Below, one piece after another: positions 12,921 through 26,762 of a DNA stretch of 64,000 nucleotides. The notes under the pieces were generated by a model. The model was given only the letters and a program-made list of their open reading frames with translations. It had not been told where the DNA came from and made no database searches. How positions within the stretch are numbered: position 1 is the first letter of the stretch; each line of letters opens with the position of its first letter. The stretch is taken from positions 23,066,001-23,130,000 of the forward strand of contig NC_045696.1 of NCBI RefSeq assembly GCF_009834535.1, given 5' to 3'. A program made the translations under genes and the position numbers. This DNA comes from Camelus ferus (lineage: Eukaryota).

Positions 12921-15900
12921 AATGTATAGTGCTACAAAAAACTGGTGAGGGTTCCACACTGACTGAATCACATGCTAAAGAGTAGTAGCAAAGGCTTTAA
13001 ATACTAAAGTGAATGGAAAAGACAAAAACTGAGCAACTTGTCTCTGATTCTCATCCTCCTTCCTACTGCTCCCTTGCTTGCTTGCTCCTTTCCTATTATT
13101 ATACAGTTTATCAACAAACACAAAAAACACACAAACAAACAAACAAAAAATAAACTCAGACTTGTCCCATGAGTTTTACCTTAATCTGCAGACAACAAGA
13201 AGCAAAAGACTTCTTGTTCTGGTATCACATTTTATTCTATAAATATTCATGAGGAAAGGATCCTCTACATACAAGACTCTGGATAAATATAAATAAAAAC
13301 TGTCTTTACCTTGGAGGTATTTATGTAGGACAGAAGCACAGCCAAAATTTTTTTTAATAAAAAATAACATTTTCAGAAATAACTTCTCCCTATATACATC
13401 CTCAACCAATACACATCCCTTCCTGAAGCATATTAATGGAGATCTATGAGCTAATTTGTCACTGGGGGCAAGATATTGGGCAGCTTGGTGGGCATTTTAA
13501 GGCAGCTCCCTGAAGTCATTCATCAAACTAATATGTAGAAAATTGTCAGAGCTCATTAGGAAGCAGAAAGCTGGTTGGATATTGGGTAGACAGACTATTT
13601 TTCTCACGACCCACCTTAAGAGCAAAAAAAAAGATTGTGCTTGCCCTTTTCCCATTTCTTCCAGATCAGTATTTTTATCATGCATTTGCTCAACTGTTCA
13701 TGCTTCATGCTAAAGCTACTTTTGTATTTTTTTTTAAAAAAGAAGATAGACATTGATGCATATGGTCAGCTGTCAATAAAAATATACATAATTACTAAAC
13801 AATGTCTAATACTAAATCCAGCTTAAGATTTGAAAGTTAAAGTAAAATATTTTCTTTGGTATATGAAGCTGTGGTGACGTTGTAAAATGGGTATCTTGAG
13901 GAGTTCTTGCTTTTGAATGAAGCATATAAACGACTGTATCAGTGAAAAGGAAGAATGTCACTTCTAGGTTCAATTAACAATGCTTAAAATGCTAAATATT
14001 TGGCTTTACCAAATATTAATAGGTCATACCATTAAACACATATAGTTTTAGGTCTAAAATATAACTCACAAATTATCCTGCATGGTGTATTACCACAATT
14101 GTATTTAAACTGCCTTCAAAAGCCAAAATCAGATAAAACAACTGGTATAGTTTTCAAAAATCACTGCAGCAATCATAAAGGAGGTAATGGCATTATTTTG
14201 ATCATGATATAGAAATCTGTCATTATTCTAGATAGAGCTCATTCAAGTTGCTTTTGTTTCTTGCTTAGAGTGACTACAATTTCTGAAGAACACCATTTCC
14301 TCCCCTAGTAACATAAACACTATATTAAGCATTTTAATATATAAATATGATAGTCCAGAATGGTAAAAAAACAAGAAAGTTCAAATAGTGGTTTTTACAG
14401 ATGTTTAATAATACAAATTTGTATTTCTCTGTTTTCTTCATTTTGCTCTTTTACTGACATAAAAATTTGAAAACTTCTATCTTCCAGTAATTTTTTGAAA
14501 GTCTAGCTTTTATCCTTTAACTAGAATATTCATTTATTTTAAATCCATTATTGTCAATAATTTACCATGGCTACCAGCAAAAATACTTTAAAAACAAACA
14601 CAACTGATGTTTTTAAATTTCTTTAAAAACATTCTGGATGGTATCAGTATAATGAGTTCACATAATAACTATTTTAATATGTTACAGTGGTAGTTATTGT
14701 TACTAAAACAATTTAGTAATAATAATATCATCACAGAGTGATTAACTAGTAGAAAATCATTACTGAAATAACGAGAATTTTATCTCTTTATTTAAACTCT
14801 ACTTTTTAAAAAAAATATACAAAGCCACATCATCTAATTTCTATGTTTTGGTAACTAAACAAAATCAGTTTCTTATTCTTTTCAATTTTTAAATACACAT
14901 TGCTAGGTTTATAGATGTTGATTCTGAAATTTTAAAAGCTATGTTTTCAGTCAAGCAATGACCGTGGAGGCCTAATACCTGGCTTGACATAGAGGTGTTT
15001 TCTTTATTGTTAATTGTGGTGGTCATATTTTAAAAGATGGAATTTCTGAGAAAGTTCAGTTTATTCAATAAAGTAGGTTAATAAACATAAATTCTACATA
15101 GTGTGTCCTGCTCTGAGAATGCCATCACTTTCATCTCTCAACTCTATACTTCACCAGTTTCCGTATACCTCCTAAGATCCTGCAGAATCTTTCTGCAAAA
15201 TTTCTATTGAACCATTTAAGGTACCTATGCATTGTAACTTACAAAGCAACACCAGGAAATGTTTCCTCACATAAAGTTTCTCTAAGATCAATTCAGTATT
15301 AATAAATTGATATGCAAGTTTTGGGGGAGGAAACTTCAGGCGACAGAGTCATAAAAGACTCCTAGGAGAGTAGAAATGTGATCTTAATTTTTGAAAGAAA
15401 CTTCAGGCAATAGGGGAAGAGTACAGAACATAAAGATATAAAAACCTGGAAAAGAGCTAAACAATTGCAGCAACAATCTAGCCGCCATATATAGGATGAA
15501 CTAGCACTATGGAAGTCTGTCTTGTAAATAGCCTTCACTCTGTGAAAAGAAATTTAATTTCCTAACAAGCATAGTTAGAGGGTGGTTTTGAAAATGAAGT
15601 GGCAGTAGGTAGCAAGAGATGATTTTGGTCCCTTATTACTTTGGATGGATAGCATACAGATGTTCTGAGAAATCAGTAGGTCCACTGAAAGACATTTTTT
15701 CATTCTTTTTTTTTTTTAAATCAAGCAACATCCAGATTCTATGGGAAGTCCTCTGCTGTATGTTTGTTTTACTGTACTCAAGAATTCTGGGCATCTTTTA
15801 TTGTACTTCAGCACTCTAGTTTCTGAGACCTGGCTGCATTAATCGAATCAACGACTCTAGCAGCAAAGTATTTCCTTTCCCAAAGCATCTATTCTTTTTC

Positions 15901-17149
15901 CTTTTTTAAAAAAAGTTTTCTTCCAGTTTTTTTCTGATTTATATTTCTGGTTAGATCTTGAAGGAATAAAGGAAAAAAAATCACACCCTCAGGGCTGATA
16001 TTTTTGTGAAATTTTGAGAGAATGGAAGCATTCATCGATGCTTTCCGTATCTGCAATGCAAGAGATCCTAATAGAAAAACTTCTGAGATTTAGATGAGCA
16101 CAGATTAGATACTGTGCTCCCCACTAATAGCTAGTCATCTAAAGAAGGTCAGTTTTGCTCTTAAATGGAATTATTAGACTTTTTATAAAGATATTGGATA
16201 AAAGAAAGTAAGATTTTCCACCCTGGAAATTTCTAAACATTTTTAAAAATTCAATACATCAAAACAGAGAGTATAAAGACATTTTTAAGCAGGGCAAGAT
16301 ACACAGACACTAATTCATCTCAATGAAAAATTGGTTAGCTTGACTTAGAACTGTATTTCATGTGTTAACAGCTGAATTAAGCTCAAGGGCTGTTTCAAAT
16401 ATAAATATTCAAACCTGTACATAAAAGACAACAATTAAGCTAAATACTGATTTCCTTTCCAAGCCTTAACAATCATACTAGGCTTCAAATCCTTAATTTA
16501 CTAAACAATAGAAGTAGCATCAGAAGGAAAAAGATAATTGTGAACATCATTCAGCTTTTTGACAGTAATCAAAATAACCAGTTACTTTAGAAAAGAAGAC
16601 CAAGAGAAAGTGACAATTGTCTCCAGAAAGAAGTAAGAGAGTTGAGGAGGTATATTTCTTCACCTCCCAACTGGAAATCTGGGAATATATAAAACTTGCA
16701 TTTTAAGTTAATTACTTTTTCTTATGTGAACTTATACTATAAGAAACAAAGTGGATCCTTTGAAGTTTTAGTCTGATTTAATTAATGTGCTTATGGTTCC
16801 TTGAAGAAATGTTTCAAAAACATATATAAATGGAAGATAAGGCTGGCATACCCCCCAGTTAATGTTGATTTTATAAAAAAGAAGCAGGCAACGTTTACTA
16901 CTTTCCAGTATTCTTAGAAACTTGTCCCTCTGTTCTTTGTTTTGACCTCCATGATGGCAAGACATTGGCTACTATGCTGCTTCTTTCAATGACATTATAT
17001 TTAAGAAAGAGTAACATCTTGAAAAAACATGACTTCTCTCCCATTTCACTCATATTCACTTCCACATTGGATCAAGTTCTATACATCTTCATTCAATTGG
17101 AAGAGATGTTACTAATTTTTTTTTTAAATAAATGCCTTTAAACCAGCTC

Positions 17150-17290
17150 TGTTATGATTAGCAATTTACAGATAAGAAAAGTAAGGCAAGAAAGGTACTT
17201 TATCCAAGATTTGATAACAGTAAATGGCAGATGTGGGTTTGAACTTGAGCAGTCTGATTCTGGCATCCATTCCATTCCTTTAACAATACT
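17150..17290 (-). mobile_element. MIR SINE
   Basis: atttacagataagaaaagtaaggc...gtaaatggcagatgtgggtttgaacttgagcagtctgattc. Confidence 0.7.
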
Positions 17291-18371
17291 CTGCTGTTCC
17301 AGGAGAAGCCCAGTACAGACCTTAACAGGTAGTAGCAGTAGCTGCTAGTATTATTTTTTGAAAAGATTTTTGCTGTTAAAAGTTATTTGCTCCCAACTCT
17401 TCTCAATTTTTTTTGGAGGGGAAGGAGGAGGGGAAAGGTCACCACTTTTATATCCATGTCAGGAATATATAATAAAATAATTCAATCACTAGAAACTTGG
17501 CTTCTTCTATATCCCTAGTTGTACATTTATTGGGAACTAAACTGATTTCGATTAAATCTTCCTTATGATTACTTAAGAAATTTCCTGGTGATAAGTTGGC
17601 ATGTAGAGAGCCAAAGGCAGCAGCCACAAATGGGAAAATCAAGATACTTATGAACTGTAAGATTTAGAAAGTTACTGTTAAATTCAGAGGAAAAAAAAAC
17701 TTTTAGGAATAGAAATCTGCTCCATTTACTACACCAATTACAAGGTGTAATAACGTAGGTGCTATACCAATTCGCTATAACATTTCTGTATGCATCCTCA
17801 TTAAACATTAAAATTTCTTAATAATTGAATATAAAAATATGCAAAATGTGTTAATTTGAATCCATAAATGGCAAAAATAAAAGTTTTCATTTTTATGAAG
17901 ATATGGTTTATATGACATCTAAAATATGTTCTAAGAAATAATTACACAGAGACCCACACAATTGTATTTTGATACAATACAAGGAGGCCAAAAAATAGTC
18001 TGAGTATGTTTTTTACATCTCAGTTGTTAACTGATTTTTAAACTGTGCAATAAACTAGATTACTAAATGCTCGGTGACAGTCTTCATTCTTTCACAGACC
18101 AGATATAGCCACGATGATTACAAGTTCACACACACACAGATTCTCTGAAATGATCAATTTCATTGGCTGATATTACAATGAAAATCAGAATAATTTCTCT
18201 GAAGACTTAACTTTTAACTAGATGCTATTCCTTTGCAAAGTAATTGAATCATCGAAAGATAAGAACTCCAGAAGCAGCTTTAAGAATCTTAGCCTTTAAG
18301 GAAATGAGCCCTATTGAGAGGGGGAAACCCACTTAGAGATAAAAATATTCATTTCACTAGGATCATTCACG

Positions 18372-18440
18372 CCTTTATTCATTCAACATATATTTGATGA
18401 GCATCTATTACATGTCAGTTCCTGTTCTGCAACAGAAATA
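18372..18440 (-). mobile_element. L2 3' terminus
   Basis: ttattcattcaacatatatttgatgagcatctattacatgtcag. Confidence 0.65.
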
Positions 18441-19264
18441 GGAGTAGGGTGCCCAATATATTATCAGGGTAGCCTTCACACAGAATATCAACTAGTGGTT
18501 TTGTCGAATTCATTTACCTTTTCAATAGGCTCATATGGAATTTCAAAGTCTATTTTTCATAGAAAGTTATTCAAAGAGATTTTTTACTGATTTTGATTTG
18601 ATTATTTTTTCTTTTAAGTAAAGCATATGATTAAATAAAAATCTACTAGCTCAGCTAAATTAATTTAGCATATTTTCTATTTTTCTCATGTGGTTCATTT
18701 GTCTTTAATATTCTCCCTTAAGTTATAATCTTCATGGGGACAAAAATACCTCAGGTGTCTTTTTAATAAGGGTAAAGAAATGTGTATTTATTACATGGAG
18801 GGTAGGTAGCTGACGAAGCACTCTGATTGCAGAATGATTTTTATTATTCCAGCGATAAGGTAGGTATTACTATAGTTTATGCATATACCATAGCCTTTTG
18901 TTCATCTTTTCCTTCCTTGAATCGTTCACCTAACAGCTAACACGTATCAGAGACTGGAGGAACAACACAGGGTAAAAGGTTATCTATCAGTCAATTTTGC
19001 AACATTTCCTTTTTAAAAACTTTCTGTTTTTATTTTGTAATCAAAACAATTAGCGCAAAAGAATGGGATTATCTCTACCTCTTAAGTCCTTTATGGCCTG
19101 AATTTTATTGATTTTTTAAAAAATACAACTCAAATGACAAATTAGTCATGCATCAGAATGGAATGTTATTTCCTATCGATGAACATTAAGGTCTACAGTA
19201 AATAAGGAATAACTAGTTCTGACTGGGCAGGAGTACAGTCCTCCACACATGGCAATTTTCTTAC

Positions 19265-19332
19265 TGAGTTTGGGTATCGTCGTGGTCCGCATTGGCCAGA
19301 ATTGCCATTTAGTTTTGTATAAGCTAGAATTT
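19265..19332 (-). other. Candidate 68-nt internal exon
   Basis: Minus strand reads tttgatttttttcttgccttgtttgtcag|AAATTC...CAAACTCA|gtaaga. Three CpGs are retained in a CpG-poor background and the sequence is non-repetitive. Confidence 0.55.
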
Positions 19333-20611
19333 CTGACAAACAAGGCAAGAAAAAAATCAAAGAAATATCAGATACATCCCTTCTCTTCAGAAGAAAACAT
19401 ACTGATAAATTATATTCATAACTATGAGTACAGAAAAATAGCTATTATAGAGAGTTCTGTGCATTTAAAACATGTTATAATTGACTGGAAATTCTGTACT
19501 TTATTATTTCACAATAAGTCTCAATAAAATAAAAACATATTTTGCTCTTGCTGTTGTTCATTGAAGTGAAATATAAACTCAGTTTCTCTTAACAATAACA
19601 TATGTACTGGGAAAAATATAATACTGGTAAAAATGATCACATATTAATGTATCACTTCTTGCTCTGTATCACTCTAAGAAATGAAAAAATAGTGTTTTCA
19701 GAATATAAATATCATAATTTCAAAATAAATTATTATTAATAAAAAGTCCTATTTATTGCTATTTTCCCCTGGAGATCTTTGTAAACCCACCAAAAATAAC
19801 ATGAGATTTAGACTATTCCAGATGAAAATCCCAAAGTATAAAATAATTTTCAGGAAATAAGTCCATCTCAGTAAATATATATCTATATGTAAATACATAC
19901 ACACATATATGCATTATACTATATATACTACTACTACTAAATACACTCATATACTCTACTATATTTTTACTTATATCTCTGCAAGGCATGCTAGTTTTGT
20001 GAATTGTGTATACTTATTTCTGATAACCATGGTTGATTTTTATAGCAGCTACATTAAAGCAAATAAACAGAATTGCAAGAAGACAGAAATAAGGACTGAT
20101 GAATTAAGCATTCAGCACAAAATCTTTAAGATAAAATTATTTAAATATTACAGCAAGAAGAATAAGTATGAGCTGTGGATTAAAAAAAAAGGTTCTAGAT
20201 AGAGAAAAGTTTGATGCATTCTTCATGAGGAAATGGCTACAAAGTTAATGTATTTAGATAAGGATACCTAAATGGAGGCTCTTTAAAAATATCCTGAAGT
20301 AATTCTGCAGTTGTTTCCTTCTCGACCTCCACCTATTTCTGATGAGCTTAATGTAAATAAACATTTGCTTTTTTAAAACCAGCTTCTTCCTCTAAGGTGA
20401 TCCCTTCTGCTGTTCTCAAATCCAAGCTGTGAACCTGACCTTCTCCATAGTGAGATCAGAATAACTCTATCCATTTTCACGGGTCACTAAAGGCCAGTAG
20501 CTACAAGGTGACATCCTGATTTAAAGAGGACAATACTCAGAAGTCAACCATATTTTCAAGCTGAAGATACACAGCATAGTAGTAATGACAAATCAGTATG
20601 TTTTTGCATTC

Positions 20612-20810
20612 TTTTTTATTGAAGTATAGTCAGTTTACAATGTTGTGTCAATTTCTGATGTACAGCATAATGTTTCAGTCATTCAGGAACATACATATAT
20701 TTGTTTTCATTTTTTAATTATAGGTTATTATTATAAGATATTGAATATAGTTCCCTATGCTATACAGTATAAACTTATTTATTTTATGTATAGTAGTTAG
20801 TATTTGCAAA
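20612..20810 (-). mobile_element. Short L1 3' end, same young family as 53950-55159
   Basis: Reverse complement matches 54960-55159 (ttgaagtatagtcagtttacaatgttgtgtcaatttctg versus cagaaattgacacaacatagtaaactgactgtacttcaat). Confidence 0.9.
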
Positions 20811-22170
20811 CTAGTATTTTTTAAATGTCCACATTAATTTGTCTATTCAGGGGCCTTCAGACATTGTGCACATTTATATTTAATATCTAAAATAAAATTA
20901 TTATGGGGAAAATGTTGCAAGAAGTTGGTCTTTTTCTATCAGATGCAAATACATCTAATTAAGCAGAAGAACAGCAGTGGAATTTTGTAGTGTCCATCAC
21001 ATGTCTGAATGGTGAACAGACCATCTATGAATTCATCTAAGAGGGAAGCTTACTGTCAGCTGGTGTCAAAAATGGAATCATTATCGGGCATTGTATAGTC
21101 GTCAAAAATAATAAAAAGCATCATTGACCTTGGCCAAATTTGGACTGGTTATATAAAAACAAAAATACTAGAAAGTGGTACTACTGTTTTTAGGGGCTAT
21201 AATATCTTTAAAATATAACACTAAAAGACCTGTAAAAATTATTATTTATTGTTGATAAATTTCCAGATTATAAGGGAATTTTGTAGTGTAATAAATATAC
21301 ATAAAACAAATCAATATTTTAAAAAATACATTTTGGAAAAATTGTAGTACACTGCTTGTTCACCCTGGATCTCTTAAATGGGGTTCCATTATTTGCAGAA
21401 AGGTAGCTTCTTATAATAAGAGACAACAGAATTAGAATAGGAAAAAATCCCAGTGCAGGATACAGATCAGTCTTAACTAACTATAGGATACTAATTATTT
21501 CACTGTTGGGGGTGGGGCAGTGTTAATGTGTATATTATGTGAAAGGGCTTTCTTTGTAAACTACATTTTTAACATACTATGTTAATGTTATTTATTTTAT
21601 TTAAAGTAGCTGCTTATTAGCAAAAGTAAACAATCCCAGATGACAATCCCAGATTATTTATCAATATAGCCAATGTGACAAATACATTCATTAGCACTGA
21701 GGGATGTAGTCAATAGAAGCTAGCAAATGACTCAATAGATGAGTTGGTTAATAATATCTAAATAACAATCTAATCTTATTTTATTCTATAATAAAGAACT
21801 TTTCCATTTTTATTAGTAACATTTGTATCTTCCTAGTAAAGTAAATCATTTTAAATTTGAATATAGTATCAGGAACTGTGGAACAACAACAACAAAACAA
21901 ACCTAGTAACAAAAATCTCTCTAAAAGTCTTCTCATTACTTTCAAACAAACCTTTATCCCTATTGTCAAAATATTGGATATTATTTTGTTCATATATGAA
22001 ATTATGAAATTAAACATGCTCAGAATCATTCCAAATTATTCTTTGTCAAAGACAATAGTTTAATTTATTTTGTTTTACATCAGAAAAATTCAGCAATCCA
22101 TAAAGACTCTAAAAAAATGGATAATTGAGTTTAAAAAGATACATATGTGGGCTGACCTGTAATTACAGTT

Positions 22171-22205
<35 letters not shown>
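22171..22205 (+). repeat. (AC)n-(AT)n compound microsatellite
   Basis: Direct reading. Confidence 0.9.
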
Positions 22206-22499
22206 ATAAATAACAAAAGCAAAGGAATAATGGTTAAAAGTTTAAATATTTTAGGAATTCTTCTTTAGCATCTATTTAGGAACAACACATACTAAATCTC
22301 TTCAGAAACTATTTCCACTAATAACAGTAATATCAAGTCTTCATTTCACATGGTTCAAATATGCATGAGTTAGTTATCATATAAAGCAATCACTGCCCTT
22401 ATGGTTTAATTAAAATGATCCTGTTTTCATATTTCATTTACTAGATAGAAAAACCGACTTCTACTTTTTTGACACCAGATCTACATTTTAAAAATTATG

Positions 22500-22905
22500 T
22501 AAAAAGACAACTGGAAACAACAAAAAGTATAGAATTAATAAGTGAGTTGTGCTATATTCACATAAAAAATTACTACACCACAACAGAAAAGAACAACCTA
22601 CTGATATACACAAATAGGGAAGTCACAGGGATAAAATGATGAGTAACATGAGCCAGACAAAAATGTGTATATGTTGTGTGATTCTATTTATATGAAATAA
22701 AAAAATTAGTAAACCTAATCTATGGTGATAGATATCAATAGTGCATGAAATGGTCTTCTGGGGTGCTAGAAATTTCTATAGCCTGATCTGTGAGATGATT
22801 ACGTGTATTTATGCATATGATTATATACACTTACACATATGTAAAACATTCACCCAGTTGTATGGTTAACAATCATGCATGTTATATCTCTCCATTAAAA
22901 AAATA
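22500..22905 (+). mobile_element. Old L1 (L1MB/L1ME-like) ORF2 end and 3' UTR
   Basis: caactggaaacaac...agccagacaaaaatgtgtatatgttgtgtgattctatttatatgaaat...aaacctaatctatggtgataga. Confidence 0.75.
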
Positions 22906-24329
22906 AAAACCTTTTAATCTCATGAAGAAATAAAAAATTCAAAGGACTACCATCAATTTTTCAGCAAGGATGCTAAATGAATATTTCAATAAAACTTAAA
23001 GGATCAGAGTACCCTAGAATCAAGTATGAAATTATAAACTAGAAACTTTTAATAATGTGACTTTACAGAAATGATAATTCATGGGCAAGTTTATATTCAA
23101 TTATATACACTTTTTATTAGTCTTTTTCATGTTTAATAATGAAGTTAAATTCTCCTTCTACTCTGTTTCCACACCACTAAAGTTTTAAAAAGAGTGAAAC
23201 AGAACATTTGCTAGCTGGATATAAATGACTTTACAGGATAAGAGGGCCTTATGTAGAGAAAGGAATACAAACCCAGAAGGAAGACCTACATTCAAAGCCA
23301 ACTCTCCAGGCACTAGTATTAATACTATGAGCAGAGAGACATTTTTTTCCCCCAAGTCACCATTCTGTCCTGCATAAAGTAAGGGAGTTAAAGAAATAGC
23401 ATTCAACAATCACAGCTCTAAAAGCCAATGAATCAAATATATGAGTATTGGAAAAGTGATTTTGGAACAAAATTTTCAGTGTTCATCAAGATATTTTGAA
23501 TAATAATACCCAACATTACATGGAAATACAATAAACAATTTTATAAAACGTATTTTATCCCCATTCCTCATTTCAAGTTTTAGACTTATCAACAGAGATT
23601 AGAAATTTAACTTTAAAACATTTACCAATAATTGGTCTGTAATATAGTTTTGGTTTCTTCCTACACATCCTGTGACATGGACAAACTGTAAATTTTCAAG
23701 TAAAGAGATACCATCATCTAGTGGGAATGCCCACTTCAGAGCCTGAAGAACCATGGGAAAGATTCTGAGTTGGCTTCCATTGGACGCCACAACGGTGCTC
23801 TGCTCTGGAGCACTGGGTGTTACTGGTGACCGCAATGAAAAATATCTGCACCTCTCCAATTCCTGTAGCTCTGATTACAATAACGTATGTTCACAAAACA
23901 AGCTAGTGAAATGTCTTTAGAGAATGCTTTTCTCCCTGATGTGCTATTCCACGGCTCTTAATATTTCAAGCCACTGATGTGCAAAAGAGCCTCATATAAA
24001 TGCAGTCTTTGCCCACATACATTATTATATTTTTCTGGAGAAGAACTGCTCGTGACCAAAACTGTTTTATTGGTCACTGGCTATTGTTTAACTTAAATAA
24101 TATTTAAAGTACTTCAAATGTTAAAAATACCTAATGTATACAGTATCTATCACTATTCTCCAACTGTGACCGATTTTTGATACTTTTAGAACTCTGCTTC
24201 TTCAACTGTTTAAAAAGACAAGTATTAAGTCAGAGGATTATATTTAATGTTTGTCATATCTTCAAGGTCAAGATCATTAAATATAGCGCAACAGATAACG
24301 GCATGGACTAGAAGCACCATTAACACTTA

Positions 24330-24470
24330 GTAGGCCAGGAATTCTAAGAAAATTACTTAGGCACTCTAAGAACTCCCATCTATACAATAGGGAGAATTGT
24401 CCCTACTTTTGATGGTTATTTAAAGGATTCAGTGAGATGAGATGTATGAAGAACTCTGCACTGGATCTGC
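24330..24470 (+). mobile_element. MIR SINE (degenerate)
   Basis: aaattacttaggcactctaag...cccatctatacaatagggagaatt...ggttatttaaaggattcagtgagatga. Confidence 0.55.
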
Positions 24471-24890
24471 ACCACTACAACTATGACTGGTCATGCATAA
24501 CACTTTCAATGACAGGGGTCAATCACTTGAAAAAATGTTGTAGACAGGATAGAGAAAGGGTTCCATCAGCATGCTCATAACCAATGACTCAGTTTTCTAA
24601 TTACCTCCAAGGTCAAATTTTTGAAATTCTTTTAGTAATACTCTTACAAAAGCAAACTATTGTTGAAGTATTAATGGACTGATTATAATAAATCTCTGAT
24701 CTTACACAGAGTATAAAAGCTCTTTAATTCCCTGATCCAATGCAATCCCTCCCCTTCCACTTCCCCTTCTTCCTTTAACCATCAACATACCTTTCCAGAA
24801 GAGTTTTAGAAAAGCTTGGCTATTCCTAACTGCAAAGAAAAGAAGTATATTTCAAGTCCAAGAAAACTTGGTCAAGAATAGGTCTTTGCC

Positions 24891-26467
24891 ATCCCAGAAT
24901 TGCCAAAGCAATCCTGAGGGAAAAGAACAAAGTTGGAAGTATAACCCTCCCAGGTTCAGACAATACTACAAAGCTACATTATTCAAAACAGAGTGGTATT
25001 GGCACAAAAACAAACATATGTCAATAGAACAGAATAGAGAGCTCAGAAATAAACCCATATACCTATGGTCAATTAATTTTCAACAAAGGAGTCAGGAATA
25101 TACAATGGGTAAAAGACAGTCTCTTTAACAGGTGGTGTTGGGAAAGCTGGATAGCTTTATGTAAGTCAATAAAATTAGAACACTCCTTCACACTATATAC
25201 AACAAATAAACTCAAAATGATTTAAAGACCTAAATAAAAGGCATGACACTGTAAAACTCCTAGAAGAGAACATAGGCAAAACATTCTCTGACATAAATCG
25301 TAGCAATGTTTTCTTAGCTCAGTCTCCCATGGCAAAATAAATAAAAGCAAAAATAAACAAATGGGACCTAATCAAACTTAAAAGCTTTTGCACAGTGAAG
25401 GAAACTATAAACAAAATGAAAACGTGACCTATGGAGTGAGAGAAAATATTTGCAAACGATGTGACCAACAAGGGCTTAATTTCCAAAATATACAAACAGC
25501 TCTTACAATTTACTATTAAAAAAAAACCAAAACCCCAAACAACCCAATCAAAAAATGGGCAGAAGACCTAAACAGACATTTCTCCAAAGAACACATATAG
25601 ATTACAAACCAGCATATGAAAAGATGCTTAACATCACTAATTAGAGAAATGTAAATCAAAACCACAATGACTGTAACCTCACACGTCTCAGAATGGCCAT
25701 CATCAAAAAGTCTACAAATCATATATGCTAGAGAAGGTGTGGAGAAAAGGGAACCCTCCTACACTCTTGGTGGGAATGTAAATTGGTGCAACCACTATGG
25801 AAAATAGTATGGAGTTTCCTTAAAAAACTGAAAATGGGGCTACTATATGATCCAGCGATCCCACGCATCAGCATGCATCTGGAGGGAACTCTAATTTGAA
25901 AAGATACATGCACTTCAATGTTCATAGCATCACTATTTACAATAGCCAAGACATGGAAGCAACCTGAATGTCCATCAATAAATGAATGAGTAAAGAAGTG
26001 ATGTATAGACATATATATAAAATTAAATATTACTCAGCCATAAAAATGAAATATTGCCATTTGCAGCAACATACAGCTACAGATTATTATAAAAAGTGAA
26101 GAAAGTCAGAGATAGACAAATGTTATATGATATCACTTGTATGTGGAATCTAAAAAATATACAAATAAATCTATCTGCAAAACAGAAACGGACTCACAGA
26201 CATAGAAAACAAACTTACGGTTACCAGAGGGGACAGGGAAGGGGGAGGAATAAATTGAGAGCATGAGATTAACAGATACACACTATTATATATAAAATAG
26301 GTAAGCAACAGGATTTACTGTATAACACAGGGAAATAGTCAATATCTTGTAATAACCTCTAATGGAAAACAATATGGAAATGTATATGTATATAACTGAA
26401 CCATTTTGCTATATACCTGAAACTAACATAATACTGTAAATGAACTATACTTCAATTTAAAAAAAAA
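24891..26467 (+). mobile_element. 5'-truncated LINE-1 (cetartiodactyl-type), ORF2 C-terminal part plus 3' UTR and poly(A)
   Basis: ORF2 remnant (FRQYYKATLFKTEWYWHKNKH) with frameshifts and stops. 3' end tgtaaatgaactatacttcaat plus A tail. Degenerate TSD aagaataggtctttgcc (24874-24890) / aagaacaactctttact (26466-26482). Confidence 0.95.
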
Positions 26468-26717
26468 GAACAACTCTTTACTGGTAGGATAATATTAATG
26501 ACGGTAGCTTATTGCTACTGAGCATATAAATAGCTCCAGGAGAAATGCATGGATTGGAGAAAAAAAAAGGCTTATTTTCCAGAAATGTAGGTTCATGGTC
26601 ATTGCTTACAACCCAGTACACAAAAACAGTTTACCAGTATTCCCTATTTTTACCAACATACTGACATCTTACTCTTGGTATTTTCCTTACCACTAGGAAA
26701 AGAAAACAAAGATCTCT

Positions 26718-26720
<3 letters not shown>

Positions 26721-26754
<34 letters not shown>

Positions 26755-26762
26755 ACACACAC
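26721..26762 (+). repeat. (AC)n microsatellite, one interruption
   Basis: Direct reading. Confidence 0.95.
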
